Below are positions 30,604-42,059 of a stretch of 64,000 nt of DNA, one piece after another. Source of the DNA: Thermodesulfobacteriota bacterium (GTDB lineage Bacteria; Desulfobacterota_D; UBA1144; Nemesobacterales; JAJCZQ01). Both the position numbers and the translations under genes were made by a program. The notes beneath the pieces were generated by a model. The model worked only from the letters and a program-made list of their open reading frames with translations. It had not been told where the DNA came from and ran no database searches. How positions within the stretch are numbered: the first letter of the stretch is position 1; every line of letters begins with the position of its first letter. The stretch spans positions 1,344,001 through 1,408,000 of the forward strand of contig CBDBDR010000017.1 in NCBI GenBank assembly GCA_965203965.1, in the 5' to 3' direction.

Positions 30604-31323
30604 TTACGTTAGTATTTCACCGGGTTTTAAGGCCAGTATTTCCAGTCCTTCAATATCTTGTGTCAATTCTATAAGTTGACTGGGTTTTCCTGAGAGTAAT
30701 GGGAAGGTGTCATAGTGCATTGGTATGACATACCTGGAATTCAAAAGCCTGGATGCGTGAGAAGCTTCAAATGGGGACATTGTGAAGACATCACCTATTG
30801 GGAGCATGGAGATGTCAGGTTTGTAAAGTTCTCCTATTAATCTCATATCTCCAAATAGGTTTGTATCTCCGGCATGATAGATAGTAAAGCCATTTTCCAA
30901 TTTAATTATAAAACCTCCCGGTTCTCCAGCGTAAATCAGCGATCCATCTTCAATTTCAATGCTGCTGCTGTGCTGTGCATGGGTCATTACAAACTTAATT
31001 CCCTTAAAAATCTGTGTCCCGCCTTTGTTTATTGGCAGGCATCTGCTTAGTTCTTTATCGGAAAGCCACTTGTTTATTTCAAAAGTGGAAATAATAAAAG
31101 GGTTGCATTCTCTGGCGATTTTCAGCAGGTCGCCAGTATGATCCTGATGTCCGTGTGTGACTAATATTACATCAATATCTCTAGGGTTTTTCAGTTCCTT
31201 CGGACATAGAGGATTGCCTTCTGTCCAGGGGTCTATCAGTATATTCACGCCGCTTTGTGATTTTATTAAAAATGTTGCATGACCAAAGTAGGTTATTTCT
31301 GTTCCATTGTTCAGTTTGTTCAT
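30604..31323 (-). CDS. Metallo-beta-lactamase-fold hydrolase (UPF0173-like)
   Basis: YFGHA, IDPW, THGHQDH, HAQHSS, YHAGDT, IPMHY.TFP. Confidence 0.92.
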   Translation of the reverse strand: MNKLNNGTEITYFGHATFLIKSQSGVNILIDPWTEGNPLCPKELKNPRDIDVILVTHGHQDHTGDLLKIARECNPFIISTFEINKWLSDKELSRCLPINKGGTQIFKGIKFVMTHAQHSSSIEIEDGSLIYAGEPGGFIIKLENGFTIYHAGDTNLFGDMRLIGELYKPDISMLPIGDVFTMSPFEASHASRLLNSRYVIPMHYDTFPLLSGKPSQLIELTQDIEGLEILALKPGEILT

Positions 31324-31418
31324 TTTGTCTCCTTAAATTGAATGGATTTTAGCTGATAATATTACTCAATTAGTTCAGGAATTGTTACACTATGTTAAAA
31401 TATCAAACTTATCTTTAG

Positions 31419-32732
<1,314 letters not shown>

Positions 32733-32860
32733 TTTGCCGACAAAAAATGTTACGGAACGAACTAGTTTTAAGTTATCTGGTACGCGATCAGTTGTATGAT
32801 AAAATGTCCCGATATTCAAGAAATTGTTAATTTTCAACTTACTTTGCCTCAAGTATTGAT

Positions 32861-33793
32861 ATGGAAGTAATTTACAACCCTAAAGAACCACTTACTTTTT
32901 CAACGTCAGCCGCAATTGGGAACTTTGACGGGGTTCACTTAGGACACAAACACATTATTGATTTTTTAAGGAAAACTTCATCTGATAAATCTTCAAAATT
33001 ATGCGTTATTACATTTGAGCCTCATCCGCAGAAAGTTTTATCAAAAAAGAACTCGCTGCTCATTATACCGTTTCAAGAAAAAATAAGGTTTCTCGAGAAA
33101 ATGAGAGTGGATGTAACCGTCTGCCTTAATTTTACGAAAGAGTTGTCAGCAATGAGTGCCGAGGATTTTATTGAAAAAATACTCGTCAATACACTGCGTA
33201 TTAAGAATATTGTTGTGGGTCCTGGATTTGTGTTTGGCAATAAAAGGCTGGGAAATACCGAACTACTTGGCAGGCTTGGTGAAATTTATGGATACGATAC
33301 CAAGGTTTTAAGTCCAAAGGTTGCAGATAATGAAATAATAAGCAGCAGTTTGATTCGCCGCCACTTGTCAGATGGGAATATTCAAAGAGTGAACAAACTT
33401 CTGGGCTATAACTATTTTATAATTGGTGTCGTAGTTGAAGGTGAAAAAAGAGGAAGAGAACTAGGCTTTCCAACTGCAAATGTTAAATCTGAATGGGAAT
33501 TGCTCCCAAAACCAGGAGTTTATGCAACTTATGCAATTATTGATAACGCGTATTTTCAGAGTATTACCAATATAGGTTACCGTCCTACATTTGGCAAAGA
33601 TGAGCTCTTGATAGAAACATACATTTTTGATTTCTCAGGAGATATTTACGGTTGTAATATCAGAATTGAACTTGTTAAAAGGCTGAGAGACGAGAAAAAA
33701 TTTGATGGTATGGATAATTTGGTCTCTCAGATAAAACTTGATGTAAAAGACGTCAGGAATATTTTAGAAAGTAGTGAGCCTGCTTCATTATGA
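32861..33793 (+). CDS. ribF: Bifunctional riboflavin kinase / FAD synthetase
   Basis: IGNFDGVHLGH, TFEPHP, ISSS.IR, GRELGFPTAN, NIGYRPTF. Confidence 0.97.
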   Translation: MEVIYNPKEPLTFSTSAAIGNFDGVHLGHKHIIDFLRKTSSDKSSKLCVITFEPHPQKVLSKKNSLLIIPFQEKIRFLEKMRVDVTVCLNFTKELSAMSAEDFIEKILVNTLRIKNIVVGPGFVFGNKRLGNTELLGRLGEIYGYDTKVLSPKVADNEIISSSLIRRHLSDGNIQRVNKLLGYNYFIIGVVVEGEKRGRELGFPTANVKSEWELLPKPGVYATYAIIDNAYFQSITNIGYRPTFGKDELLIETYIFDFSGDIYGCNIRIELVKRLRDEKKFDGMDNLVSQIKLDVKDVRNILESSEPASL

Positions 33794-33806
33794 ATTACAC
33801 TGAGCA

Positions 33807-34661
33807 ATGAATGTAAAATCCACAACGAAAATTTATGGAATATTCGGTCATCCGGTTTCACATAGCCTATCTCCCGTAATGCACAATGGTGCATTTAGAG
33901 AGCTTGGTTTTGAAGGTGTCTATGTTGCTTTTGATGTTGACCCGGAAAGTATTGGGGAAGCCGTAAATGCTATCAGGTCGCTTGGTATACATGGCATAAA
34001 TGTAACTGTCCCACATAAAGAGAGCGTTATTATACACCTTGATGAGATTTCTGCCGATGCGAGACTCGTGGGGGCCGTTAATACAATAAGCAACGTGGAA
34101 GGCAGATTGATTGGTTTCAACACGGACGTGAACGGACTGTTAAGGGCGATTAGCGATGATCTGAATTTTTCATTTGAAGAAAAAAAAGTTTTTCTTATTG
34201 GTGCCGGTGGAGCTGCAAGAGCTGTAATAGTTGGACTTGGCAGGAGTTGTGCATCAGAAGTAATTATCGCCAACAGGACTTTGTCCAAGGCAGAACTTCT
34301 TGCAAAGGAATTCAGGGAGCATTTTTCAAGTATCAGTATAAAGACCTTAATACTTCAGGATGAGGAAAAAATAAAAACACATATAAAAAGCTGTGATATT
34401 GTTATAAATGCCTCTTCAACTGGAATGGCAGGAAAAAATTCTCTAGATATTCCCTTGCACCTGCTTTCCAAAGATGCCGTTGTATATGACCTTGTTTATG
34501 AGCCAAGGGATACCCAGCTTGTAAAAGATGCGAACAGAGCTGGAATTTTGGCGTCTTCAGGTCTTAGCATGCTTCTTTATCAGGGGGCAGAGTCATTTAA
34601 AATATGGACGGGTATAGATCCACCCATTCAAACAATGAAAAAAGCTCTGGATACACTGTAA
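33807..34661 (+). CDS. aroE: Shikimate dehydrogenase
   Basis: HSLSPVMHN, NVTVPHK, GAVNT, NTD, GAGGAARA, DLVYEP, MLLYQG. Confidence 0.96.
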   Translation: MNVKSTTKIYGIFGHPVSHSLSPVMHNGAFRELGFEGVYVAFDVDPESIGEAVNAIRSLGIHGINVTVPHKESVIIHLDEISADARLVGAVNTISNVEGRLIGFNTDVNGLLRAISDDLNFSFEEKKVFLIGAGGAARAVIVGLGRSCASEVIIANRTLSKAELLAKEFREHFSSISIKTLILQDEEKIKTHIKSCDIVINASSTGMAGKNSLDIPLHLLSKDAVVYDLVYEPRDTQLVKDANRAGILASSGLSMLLYQGAESFKIWTGIDPPIQTMKKALDTL

Positions 34662-34778
34662 AAGCATTCGGACATGACGTTTGTTCCAGTTGTGCTTACA
34701 TCATTTTTGAAGAATTCTGTGTAAATAACGTTTGTTTCAAATAGAATATTTGTTCAAGTAGGAGAACAGGAGTAAGTT

Positions 34779-34976
34779 ATGAAAATTGTAAGTCCAGCTG
34801 GTGAGTTTGACATCATGGTAAGTGAATCAACGGTTGAGAGTGGCAAGATAGTTATCAAGGGTCAGATAGGTGTATGGGACTCTGATATATACATGGAGAC
34901 TTCGGACGTCATAAAACTTACTAAAATATTTCTTAAACCGAGTGTCATCTGGCATCTGATTAAATCTTTATTCTGA
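34779..34976 (+). CDS. Small hypothetical protein (65 aa)
   Basis: Strong AGGAG SD and protein-like composition; no family recognised. Confidence 0.6.
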   Translation: MKIVSPAGEFDIMVSESTVESGKIVIKGQIGVWDSDIYMETSDVIKLTKIFLKPSVIWHLIKSLF

Positions 34977-35238
34977 TTCAGTTATAACCAACCACTAAAA
35001 CAAGAGAAATTGTAGGTTGGAGATTTCTTAATAGCTTTTTGTTTTGCATATTGAATTAAATAGGCCGTTTGAGTCAGATTTTGACGAGCAGATAGAACCC
35101 CTATTTTTAATAACCATTATTGTTAGTGTACTCAATCGGTCTAATGCAGAAGCTATTTACAGAATAACTAACAAAAAGGTGTAAATAGGCGAGGAATGTC
35201 ATTAGTAAATCTTTTGCATTGCTTCATATATGGTGATG

Positions 35239-35739
35239 CTATTTCTCAGACTTATTTTTTGGTGTTTCAATGAAATCCAGTGCAGTGGAATTAATACAGT
35301 ATCTTTTCCCTGTGGGTTTTGGTCCATCATTAAAAACATGGCCAAGATGCTCACCGCATTTGCTTGATACAATTTCCCATCTCAAGTGTCCGAGACTGCG
35401 GTCGGCAACTAATTTAACTGCGTCTTCAGAAATAGGCTTCCAAAAACTGGGCCAGCCAGTTCCGGAGTTGTATTTATGATCGGAGTGAAAAACAGGTTGA
35501 TTGCAACCTGCTGTGATATAAATTCCCTCCTTCTTATTATGCAGTAAGTCGCCTGTATATGGTAGTTCCGTGCCTTTTTGCCAAAGTATTTTGTATTCTA
35601 AAGGGGTTAGTTTTTGTTTCCATTCTTTGTTGCTTAAACCCATTACACCTTCTGGCGATTTGCCTATACTTTCATCAGTCAGAAGAGTTTTTACAAGAAT
35701 AGATGAAATTATTACTAACATAATAAAAAGCCATTTCAT
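35239..35739 (-). CDS. msrB: Peptide-methionine (R)-S-oxide reductase with signal/anchor peptide
   Basis: GTE, KYNSGTGWPSF, HLGHVFNDGP.PTG.RYCINS; hydrophobic N-terminus. Confidence 0.95.
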   Translation of the reverse strand: MKWLFIMLVIISSILVKTLLTDESIGKSPEGVMGLSNKEWKQKLTPLEYKILWQKGTELPYTGDLLHNKKEGIYITAGCNQPVFHSDHKYNSGTGWPSFWKPISEDAVKLVADRSLGHLRWEIVSSKCGEHLGHVFNDGPKPTGKRYCINSTALDFIETPKNKSEK

Positions 35740-36078
35740 TTTTCCACCTAATCATACATTACCATATTTTTCACTCTTCGTCTTGTTTAATTGTCCGCAT
35801 GGGTGGGTAACTAAAGAGAGGAAAAGGAATATAGGGGGATAGACTATCTCGTCAGTTCTTCTGAATTGTCACCCTTTCTAATATTTCTCTTCTGCCCAGC
35901 TTTGGCAGGAAGTTTTTATCCTACTAACCCCTTTGAGTAAGGGAAGACGGAGTGGAATCAAACTCGCTATTTCTGTGAACTCAGACCTGAATTCCCTACG
36001 AATTGGTTCTTGACACAAGACAAAATAAGAATTTTGGGTTAAAGTAACTAACAGTTACAACAGATAAAAATTAGTCCA

Positions 36079-37722
36079 ATGAAAGCGTCTGATATATTTG
36101 TTAAAGCTCTCGAGAAAGAAGGGGTGGAGTATATATTCGGTATTCCGGGTGAAGAAAATCTGGATTTTTTGAACTCTCTCAAAGATTCATCAATAAAACT
36201 TATACTTACACGCCATGAACAAGCCGCTGGATTCATGGCTGCAACTTACGGTAGGCTGACTGGAAAGTTGGGGGTGTGTCTGTCAACTCTGGGGCCGGGT
36301 GCAACTAACTTTGTGACTGCCGCTGCTTATGCACAACTTGGTGGAATGCCCATGATGATGATAACAGGTCAAAAGCCCATAAAAAAGAGCAAACAAGGAC
36401 AGTTCCAAATCGTTGATATAGTAGCTATGATGCATCCGCTCACAAAGTTTACAAAACAGATTGTGGACGTTAGTAATATACCAAGTCTTGTCAGGGAGTC
36501 CGTAAGAATTGCCGAGGAAGAAAGACCGGGCGCCGTTCATCTGGAACTTCCAGAGGATATTGCTGCTGAAAACGGAGAACCTCAATATTACAAAAAATCT
36601 TATACAAAAAGACCCGAAGCAAATCAGGAAACTGTAAGTGCAGCTGTAAGTCTCATATTAAAAGCCAAAAAACCTCTCCTTTTAATAGGTGTGGCAGCGA
36701 ATCGCAACAGGGTGTCTCATTCTTTAAAGAGATTTGTAGATGAAACTGGCATCTTTTTCTTTAATACACAGATGGGTAAAGGTGTTGTTGATGAAAGGAA
36801 TGAAAAGTTTCTGGGGACTGCTGCTTTATCTGACCATGATTATCTTCATTGTGCAATTTCACAAGCAGACCTGATAATTAATGTTGGACACGATGTTATT
36901 GAAAAACCACCGTTTTTTATGAATCCTGAAGGTGTAAAAGTTATTCATGTAAACAACTTCAGTGCTAAGGTTGATGACGTCTATTTCCCCCAAGTAGAAG
37001 TTGTTGGAGATATTGCTGCTTCCATTGATGCAATGCTCAAATTATTGAAAAATAAGAGAGTTGTATGTCCAGATGGTTTTTCCCGTATTAAACAGAATCT
37101 TGACGACTACATATACACAAAGGGTGGCGACACGGGTTTTCCAATAATACCACAAAAGGTTGTTGCAGATATAAGGGAGGTAATGCCCGATGATGGAATA
37201 GTTACTCTTGACAACGGCGTTTATAAAATATGGTTTGCGAGGAATTATAAGGCATATAATCCCAACACTTTGCTTTTAGATAATGCACTGGCAACTATGG
37301 GTGCGGGACTTGCATCCGCCATAGGTGCAAAGATCGTTAAACCTGATAAAAAGGTGCTTGCTGTATGTGGTGATGGTGGATTTATGATGAACTCACAGGA
37401 AATTGAAACTGCCGTCAGGCTTAATTTGGATATTGTCGTAGTAATATTGCGTGATGATGCTTATGGAATGATAAAATGGAAGCAGGCAGGGCAGGGTTTT
37501 GAGGAGTTCGGGCTGGATTACGGCAATCCTGATTTTGTAAAATATGCACGTAGCTACGGTGCTTATGGACACAGAGTTACTTCAAACGAGGACATGTTGT
37601 CTATTCTTGATGGATCTTTGAACAGCAAAGGTGTTCACATTGTGGAAGTACCAGTGGATTATTCCGAGAATGAAAAAGTCTTAATAGATGAACTTCAGAG
37701 TTTAACCTGCGATCTTGTCTAA
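36079..37722 (+). CDS. TPP-dependent enzyme, acetolactate synthase-like
   Basis: FGIPGEEN, RHEQ, TLGPGATN, GDGGF...D.AYGMI, VPVDYSEN. Confidence 0.9.
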   Translation: MKASDIFVKALEKEGVEYIFGIPGEENLDFLNSLKDSSIKLILTRHEQAAGFMAATYGRLTGKLGVCLSTLGPGATNFVTAAAYAQLGGMPMMMITGQKPIKKSKQGQFQIVDIVAMMHPLTKFTKQIVDVSNIPSLVRESVRIAEEERPGAVHLELPEDIAAENGEPQYYKKSYTKRPEANQETVSAAVSLILKAKKPLLLIGVAANRNRVSHSLKRFVDETGIFFFNTQMGKGVVDERNEKFLGTAALSDHDYLHCAISQADLIINVGHDVIEKPPFFMNPEGVKVIHVNNFSAKVDDVYFPQVEVVGDIAASIDAMLKLLKNKRVVCPDGFSRIKQNLDDYIYTKGGDTGFPIIPQKVVADIREVMPDDGIVTLDNGVYKIWFARNYKAYNPNTLLLDNALATMGAGLASAIGAKIVKPDKKVLAVCGDGGFMMNSQEIETAVRLNLDIVVVILRDDAYGMIKWKQAGQGFEEFGLDYGNPDFVKYARSYGAYGHRVTSNEDMLSILDGSLNSKGVHIVEVPVDYSENEKVLIDELQSLTCDLV

Positions 37723-37777
37723 TAATTAAAATAACAAACTGAAACAACTTATTAAGTATGTTTATAGAAACGCTTGA

Positions 37778-39193
37778 GTGAACGAGGAAATTAAAGTGGC
37801 AAAAGGAAGACTGCAAGTTTTAACTGCCTACGATGAACAGATCATAAAGGAATTACCTTTTTGTAGTGCAAGAAAAGCAGAGGAAATTCTTGCAACTGCA
37901 AGAGCCGTGGCGGATGATAGAAGCAAGTGGTTAACCAGTGCGGAAAGAATAGAAATTCTTGAGAAAACAAAGTTGGCAGTTCAGCGAAGATATGATGAGA
38001 TCGTCAGGACTGCAGCTATGGAAGGCGGAAAGCCGCTGACTGACACAAGGGTTGAAGTTACAAGAGCAATAAACGGCATACAGGTAGCAATAGAGGAGAT
38101 CGGCAGGCTAACAGGTAAGGAAATAGCTATGAACGTTAACTCAGCTTCCCTTAACCGTATGGCATACACCTTCAGAGAACCCATCGGGGTTGTGGTTGCG
38201 ATCTGTGCATTTAACCATCCGTTCAATCTCTGCATTCATCAGGTGATAACTGCCGTTGCTGCTGGCTGTCCTGTCATTGTTAAACCTGCCTCTACAACGC
38301 CTTTGTCGGCAATAAATCTGGTTGAAATATTGCATGAAAGCGGACTTCCAAAAGAATGGGTTCAGGTGTTAGTGTCAGACAGACACATTGCTGAAAATTT
38401 GGTAACTGATAAAAGGGTTGATTATGTGACCTTTATAGGTTCTGGTAGAGTGGGGTGGTATTTGAGATCAAAACTGGCTCCCGGCACCAGGTGTGCACTT
38501 GAACATGGAGGGTCGGCTCCCGTAATCTTTGAAGCTGATGCAGATATTGAAGATGCTCTTCCACTGTTGGCTAAAGGTGGTTTTTACCATGCGGGACAAG
38601 TTTGTGTTTCTGTTCAAAGGGTTTTTGCTGACACAAAAGTTGCAGAGAAAGTTGCCAACAGGCTTGCAGGAATTGCAAAAAAATTGAAAGTTGGCGACCC
38701 CTTGGACGATAAAACAGACATTGGGCCACTTATACTTCCTGGAGAAGTTGAAAGGGTACATGACTGGGTAGAAGAAGCCGTTAAAAAGGGAGGAAAATTG
38801 ATCTGTGGTGGCAGGAAATTAAGCAGAACTTGCTATGAACCGACTGTTATACTTGATCCTCCTCAAAACGTTAAATTATCACGTGAAGAGATCTTTGGTC
38901 CCGTTATTGCCATTTACAGCTATAAAGATCGCAATGAAGCTATCAAGTTCGCAAACAGTGTCCCACTGTCATTTCAGGCAGCAATATTTACCAAAAATAT
39001 TGATGTAGCACTTGACACAGTTAAGAGGATAAATGCCGCCGCAGTTATGGTAAACGACCACACGGCGTTTAGGGTTGACTGGATGCCCTTCAGGGGTTCA
39101 AAAGAGTCCGGTATTGGAACGGGGGGCATTCCTTATACCATGCACGAGATGACGGAAGAGAAATTGATGGTTATTAGGTCAAGTGTGCTGTAG
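37778..39193 (+). CDS. Aldehyde dehydrogenase
   Basis: FNHP, KPAS.TP, FIGS, LEHGG, GQVCVS, EEIFGP. Confidence 0.93.
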   Translation: MNEEIKVAKGRLQVLTAYDEQIIKELPFCSARKAEEILATARAVADDRSKWLTSAERIEILEKTKLAVQRRYDEIVRTAAMEGGKPLTDTRVEVTRAINGIQVAIEEIGRLTGKEIAMNVNSASLNRMAYTFREPIGVVVAICAFNHPFNLCIHQVITAVAAGCPVIVKPASTTPLSAINLVEILHESGLPKEWVQVLVSDRHIAENLVTDKRVDYVTFIGSGRVGWYLRSKLAPGTRCALEHGGSAPVIFEADADIEDALPLLAKGGFYHAGQVCVSVQRVFADTKVAEKVANRLAGIAKKLKVGDPLDDKTDIGPLILPGEVERVHDWVEEAVKKGGKLICGGRKLSRTCYEPTVILDPPQNVKLSREEIFGPVIAIYSYKDRNEAIKFANSVPLSFQAAIFTKNIDVALDTVKRINAAAVMVNDHTAFRVDWMPFRGSKESGIGTGGIPYTMHEMTEEKLMVIRSSVL

Positions 39194-39220
39194 ATATTAC
39201 ACAACCTATTTTTGAAATAC

Positions 39221-39439
39221 TTAACCGCCAACTAAGAAGTCAAAAACATTGCCTAAAGTTGAGGAATCTCCTCGGTATATCTCCGTATAGCCACACATAG
39301 TGCAAGAGACGGTTTGAAATTTCTTATTTTGTATATCAAACAGTTTTGCTAGCCAGCCCCCGGGTGCACGGAATTCACCTCTTTCATAAGTGACATTGTC
39401 ACACTTGGGACAAACATAAGATCTTTGATTGGTTGCCAT
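39221..39439 (-). CDS. Small zinc-ribbon protein
   Basis: CPKC...FDIQNKKF..VSCTMCGYTEIY. Confidence 0.85.
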   Translation of the reverse strand: MATNQRSYVCPKCDNVTYERGEFRAPGGWLAKLFDIQNKKFQTVSCTMCGYTEIYRGDSSTLGNVFDFLVGG

Positions 39440-39503
39440 TTGGTTCTTTTTTTTAAGAATATATTATAGAAAAGTGGTTTTCAAGCATTGGGAATATTGT
39501 TTA

Positions 39504-39531
39504 TTGATTAACACACCCCTTAAATTATAAT
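39504..39531 (+). promoter_or_regulatory. Putative sigma70 promoter for lepA (very short leader)
   Basis: TTGATT-16-TATAAT, then 12 nt to the ATG; no SD. Confidence 0.55.
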
Positions 39532-39543
39532 CTTTTTTCACTA

Positions 39544-41337
39544 ATGAAACTCAAGTATATCCGCAACTTTTCTATTATTGCGCACGTTGACCACGGCAAA
39601 TCCACTTTAGCAGATAGAGTTCTTGAATATACGGGAACAATTTCCGAGCGAGATAGGACTGCACAATTCCTTGACAACATGGATCTGGAGCGTGAAAGAG
39701 GAATAACCATAAAAGCTCAGGCGGTCAGAGTTAATTATAAATCCGATGATGGGAATACTTATGAATTTAACCTGATTGATACGCCCGGTCACGTGGATTT
39801 CAGCTATGAGGTTTCAAGAAGTCTCATAGCTTGTGAAGGTGCTTTGCTGGTGGTTGATGCAACTCAGGGAGTAGAAGCACAGACGGTTGCCAATTCTTAC
39901 CTTGCAGTTGACGCGGGATTGGAACTTATACCCGTGATAAACAAGATAGACCTTCCTGCATCAGAACCGGAAAGGGTTAGAGATGAAATTGAGGAAGTAG
40001 TGGGAATTGATGCCTCAGACGTGATTTATGCAAGTGCCAAGGAAGGAATTGGCACAAAGGAGATACTTGAAGCGATTGTAAAACTTATTCCTCCTCCGAC
40101 TTCCAATGATCAAAAAGAATTGAAAGCCTTGATCTTTGACAGCTGGTTTGATTCCTATCAAGGGGTGGTAATGCTTGTAAGGATATTTGAAGGTGAGTTG
40201 AAACTTGGAATGAATATAAAAATGATGTCAACGGGGAAGGAATACGAGATTAAAACCGTTGGTGCATTTTCTCCTCATGCAGTGGAGCTTGATAAGTTGA
40301 CAACCGGCGAGGTTGGATTTGTTTCAGCTTCAATTAAAGAGGTCAGAGAGGCAAAAGTGGGGGATACGATAACGGGTGCTATTAATTCCACAAAGTTACC
40401 CCTTGAAGGTTTTAAGGTGATGAAACCTATGGTTTTTAGCGGTTTATATCCCATAGATTCGGGAGAATACGCAAAACTGAAAGAAGCATTGGAAAAGTTA
40501 TGGTTAAACGATTCTTCTCTTGTTTTTGAACCGGAAACTTCTGCTGCTCTCGGTTTTGGTTTCAGGTGTGGTTTTCTAGGTTTGCTGCACATGGATATTA
40601 TCCGTGAAAGGGTAGAAAGGGAATTCTATGTTAGCCTAATTACTACTGCTCCGACCGTTATTTACAAGGCCATCTATAAAGACGGTTCCGTTGTTTTTCT
40701 GGATAATCCAAGCCACCTTCCTTCGGGTGACAGGAAAGCTACGGTGGAAGAGCCTTACATGCTGATCTCCGTGCACACACCCAAAGAGTTTCTCGGCTCC
40801 ATTTTTAAGTTATGTGAGGAAAGGAGAGGTACCCAGAGTAATTTAAGATATATAAATCAGGACAGGGTGATCGTTGAATATGAGTTACCGCTTGCGGAAA
40901 TAGTATATGATTTTTACGACAGGCTTAAATCGGTTTCAAAAGGCTATGCCTCAATGGACTATGAGCCTATTGGTTATAAAAGTTCAAATCTGATCAAATT
41001 GGACGTTCTTGTAAACGGTGAATCAGTTGATGCTCTTTCTGTTATTGTTCACAAGGACAATGCTTATTACAGAGGTAGAGAATTGATTGAGAAATTGAGA
41101 TCATTGATCCCGAGGCAGCTTTATGAAGTGGTTATACAGGCGGCTGTTGGAAGTAAGATAATTGCAAGAGAGTCGGTAAGGGCTCTAAGAAAAGACGTTA
41201 CTGCTAAATGCTACGGTGGCGATATTACCAGAAAGAGGAAACTGCTTGAGAAGCAGAAAGAGGGGAAAAAGAGAATGAAGCAGGTTGGTAATGTTGAGAT
41301 CCCGCAGGAGGCTTTTCTGGCTGTTTTGAAGACTTAG
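39544..41337 (+). CDS. lepA: Elongation factor 4
   Basis: [59 protein letters not shown]. Confidence 0.98.
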   Translation: MKLKYIRNFSIIAHVDHGKSTLADRVLEYTGTISERDRTAQFLDNMDLERERGITIKAQAVRVNYKSDDGNTYEFNLIDTPGHVDFSYEVSRSLIACEGALLVVDATQGVEAQTVANSYLAVDAGLELIPVINKIDLPASEPERVRDEIEEVVGIDASDVIYASAKEGIGTKEILEAIVKLIPPPTSNDQKELKALIFDSWFDSYQGVVMLVRIFEGELKLGMNIKMMSTGKEYEIKTVGAFSPHAVELDKLTTGEVGFVSASIKEVREAKVGDTITGAINSTKLPLEGFKVMKPMVFSGLYPIDSGEYAKLKEALEKLWLNDSSLVFEPETSAALGFGFRCGFLGLLHMDIIRERVEREFYVSLITTAPTVIYKAIYKDGSVVFLDNPSHLPSGDRKATVEEPYMLISVHTPKEFLGSIFKLCEERRGTQSNLRYINQDRVIVEYELPLAEIVYDFYDRLKSVSKGYASMDYEPIGYKSSNLIKLDVLVNGESVDALSVIVHKDNAYYRGRELIEKLRSLIPRQLYEVVIQAAVGSKIIARESVRALRKDVTAKCYGGDITRKRKLLEKQKEGKKRMKQVGNVEIPQEAFLAVLKT

Positions 41338-41359
41338 GTGTTGAAAGTCCAAAGAGTTT

Positions 41360-41959
41360 ATGGTTGATATATCAATACTTGAGTTAAAACTTATGGTCAT
41401 TCCTTTTGTTTCTGCATTTATTGGGTGGCTCACAAATTTTATTGCGATCAAATCACTTTTTCACCCAAGATGTCCAACAAAAATTTTTCTAATAACATTT
41501 CATGGACTAATTCCTAAAAGAAAAAATAATTTAGCAAAAGAGATCTCAGAAGCGGTAGATAAACATCTTTTGTCAAGAGAAGATATAGAAAAAATTCTTT
41601 TTGACGAATCTCTAAAAAGAAACTTAGAAAAACAGATCTTTAATGTTATGAAAGAAAAAGTTTGCGAGCATTCACCAAGAATTTTTTCAGCAATGATAGA
41701 CCCGATCTTTTATAATATAGAGAGAAAAAATAGAGGGAAGATAATAAAATTTATTGAAGAAAATTTTTTAGAAAGTGTTTTAGAAAATACGAATACACGA
41801 GAAATAATTGAAGAAAAAATTAAATCTTTTGATGTAATCCGACTGGAAACAATGATTAAAGATATTGCAAAAAGAGAATTGAGGTATATAGAAATTTTAG
41901 GAGGAGTTATTGGATTTCTTGTGGGGTTTGTTCAAATTGGTATCCTTCAAGTTATTTAA
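41360..41959 (+). CDS. DUF445-family membrane protein
   Basis: FIGWLTNFIAI..LFHP, GLIPKR, ELRYIEILGGVIGFLVG. Confidence 0.88.
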   Translation: MVDISILELKLMVIPFVSAFIGWLTNFIAIKSLFHPRCPTKIFLITFHGLIPKRKNNLAKEISEAVDKHLLSREDIEKILFDESLKRNLEKQIFNVMKEKVCEHSPRIFSAMIDPIFYNIERKNRGKIIKFIEENFLESVLENTNTREIIEEKIKSFDVIRLETMIKDIAKRELRYIEILGGVIGFLVGFVQIGILQVI

Positions 41960-42059
41960 TTGGTATTCTGACTATCGTATTTGAAAAATTATTTTGTTCC
42001 CAGAATTACACTCAAAGTATCAAGAGGTCAAGTGTGTAAAAAATCTTAAAAAGCTACAT

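Noticed and set aside
34977..35238. 260-nt gap between convergent genes as a possible pseudogene or ncRNA
   Set aside because: No recognisable reading-frame remnant or stem structure.
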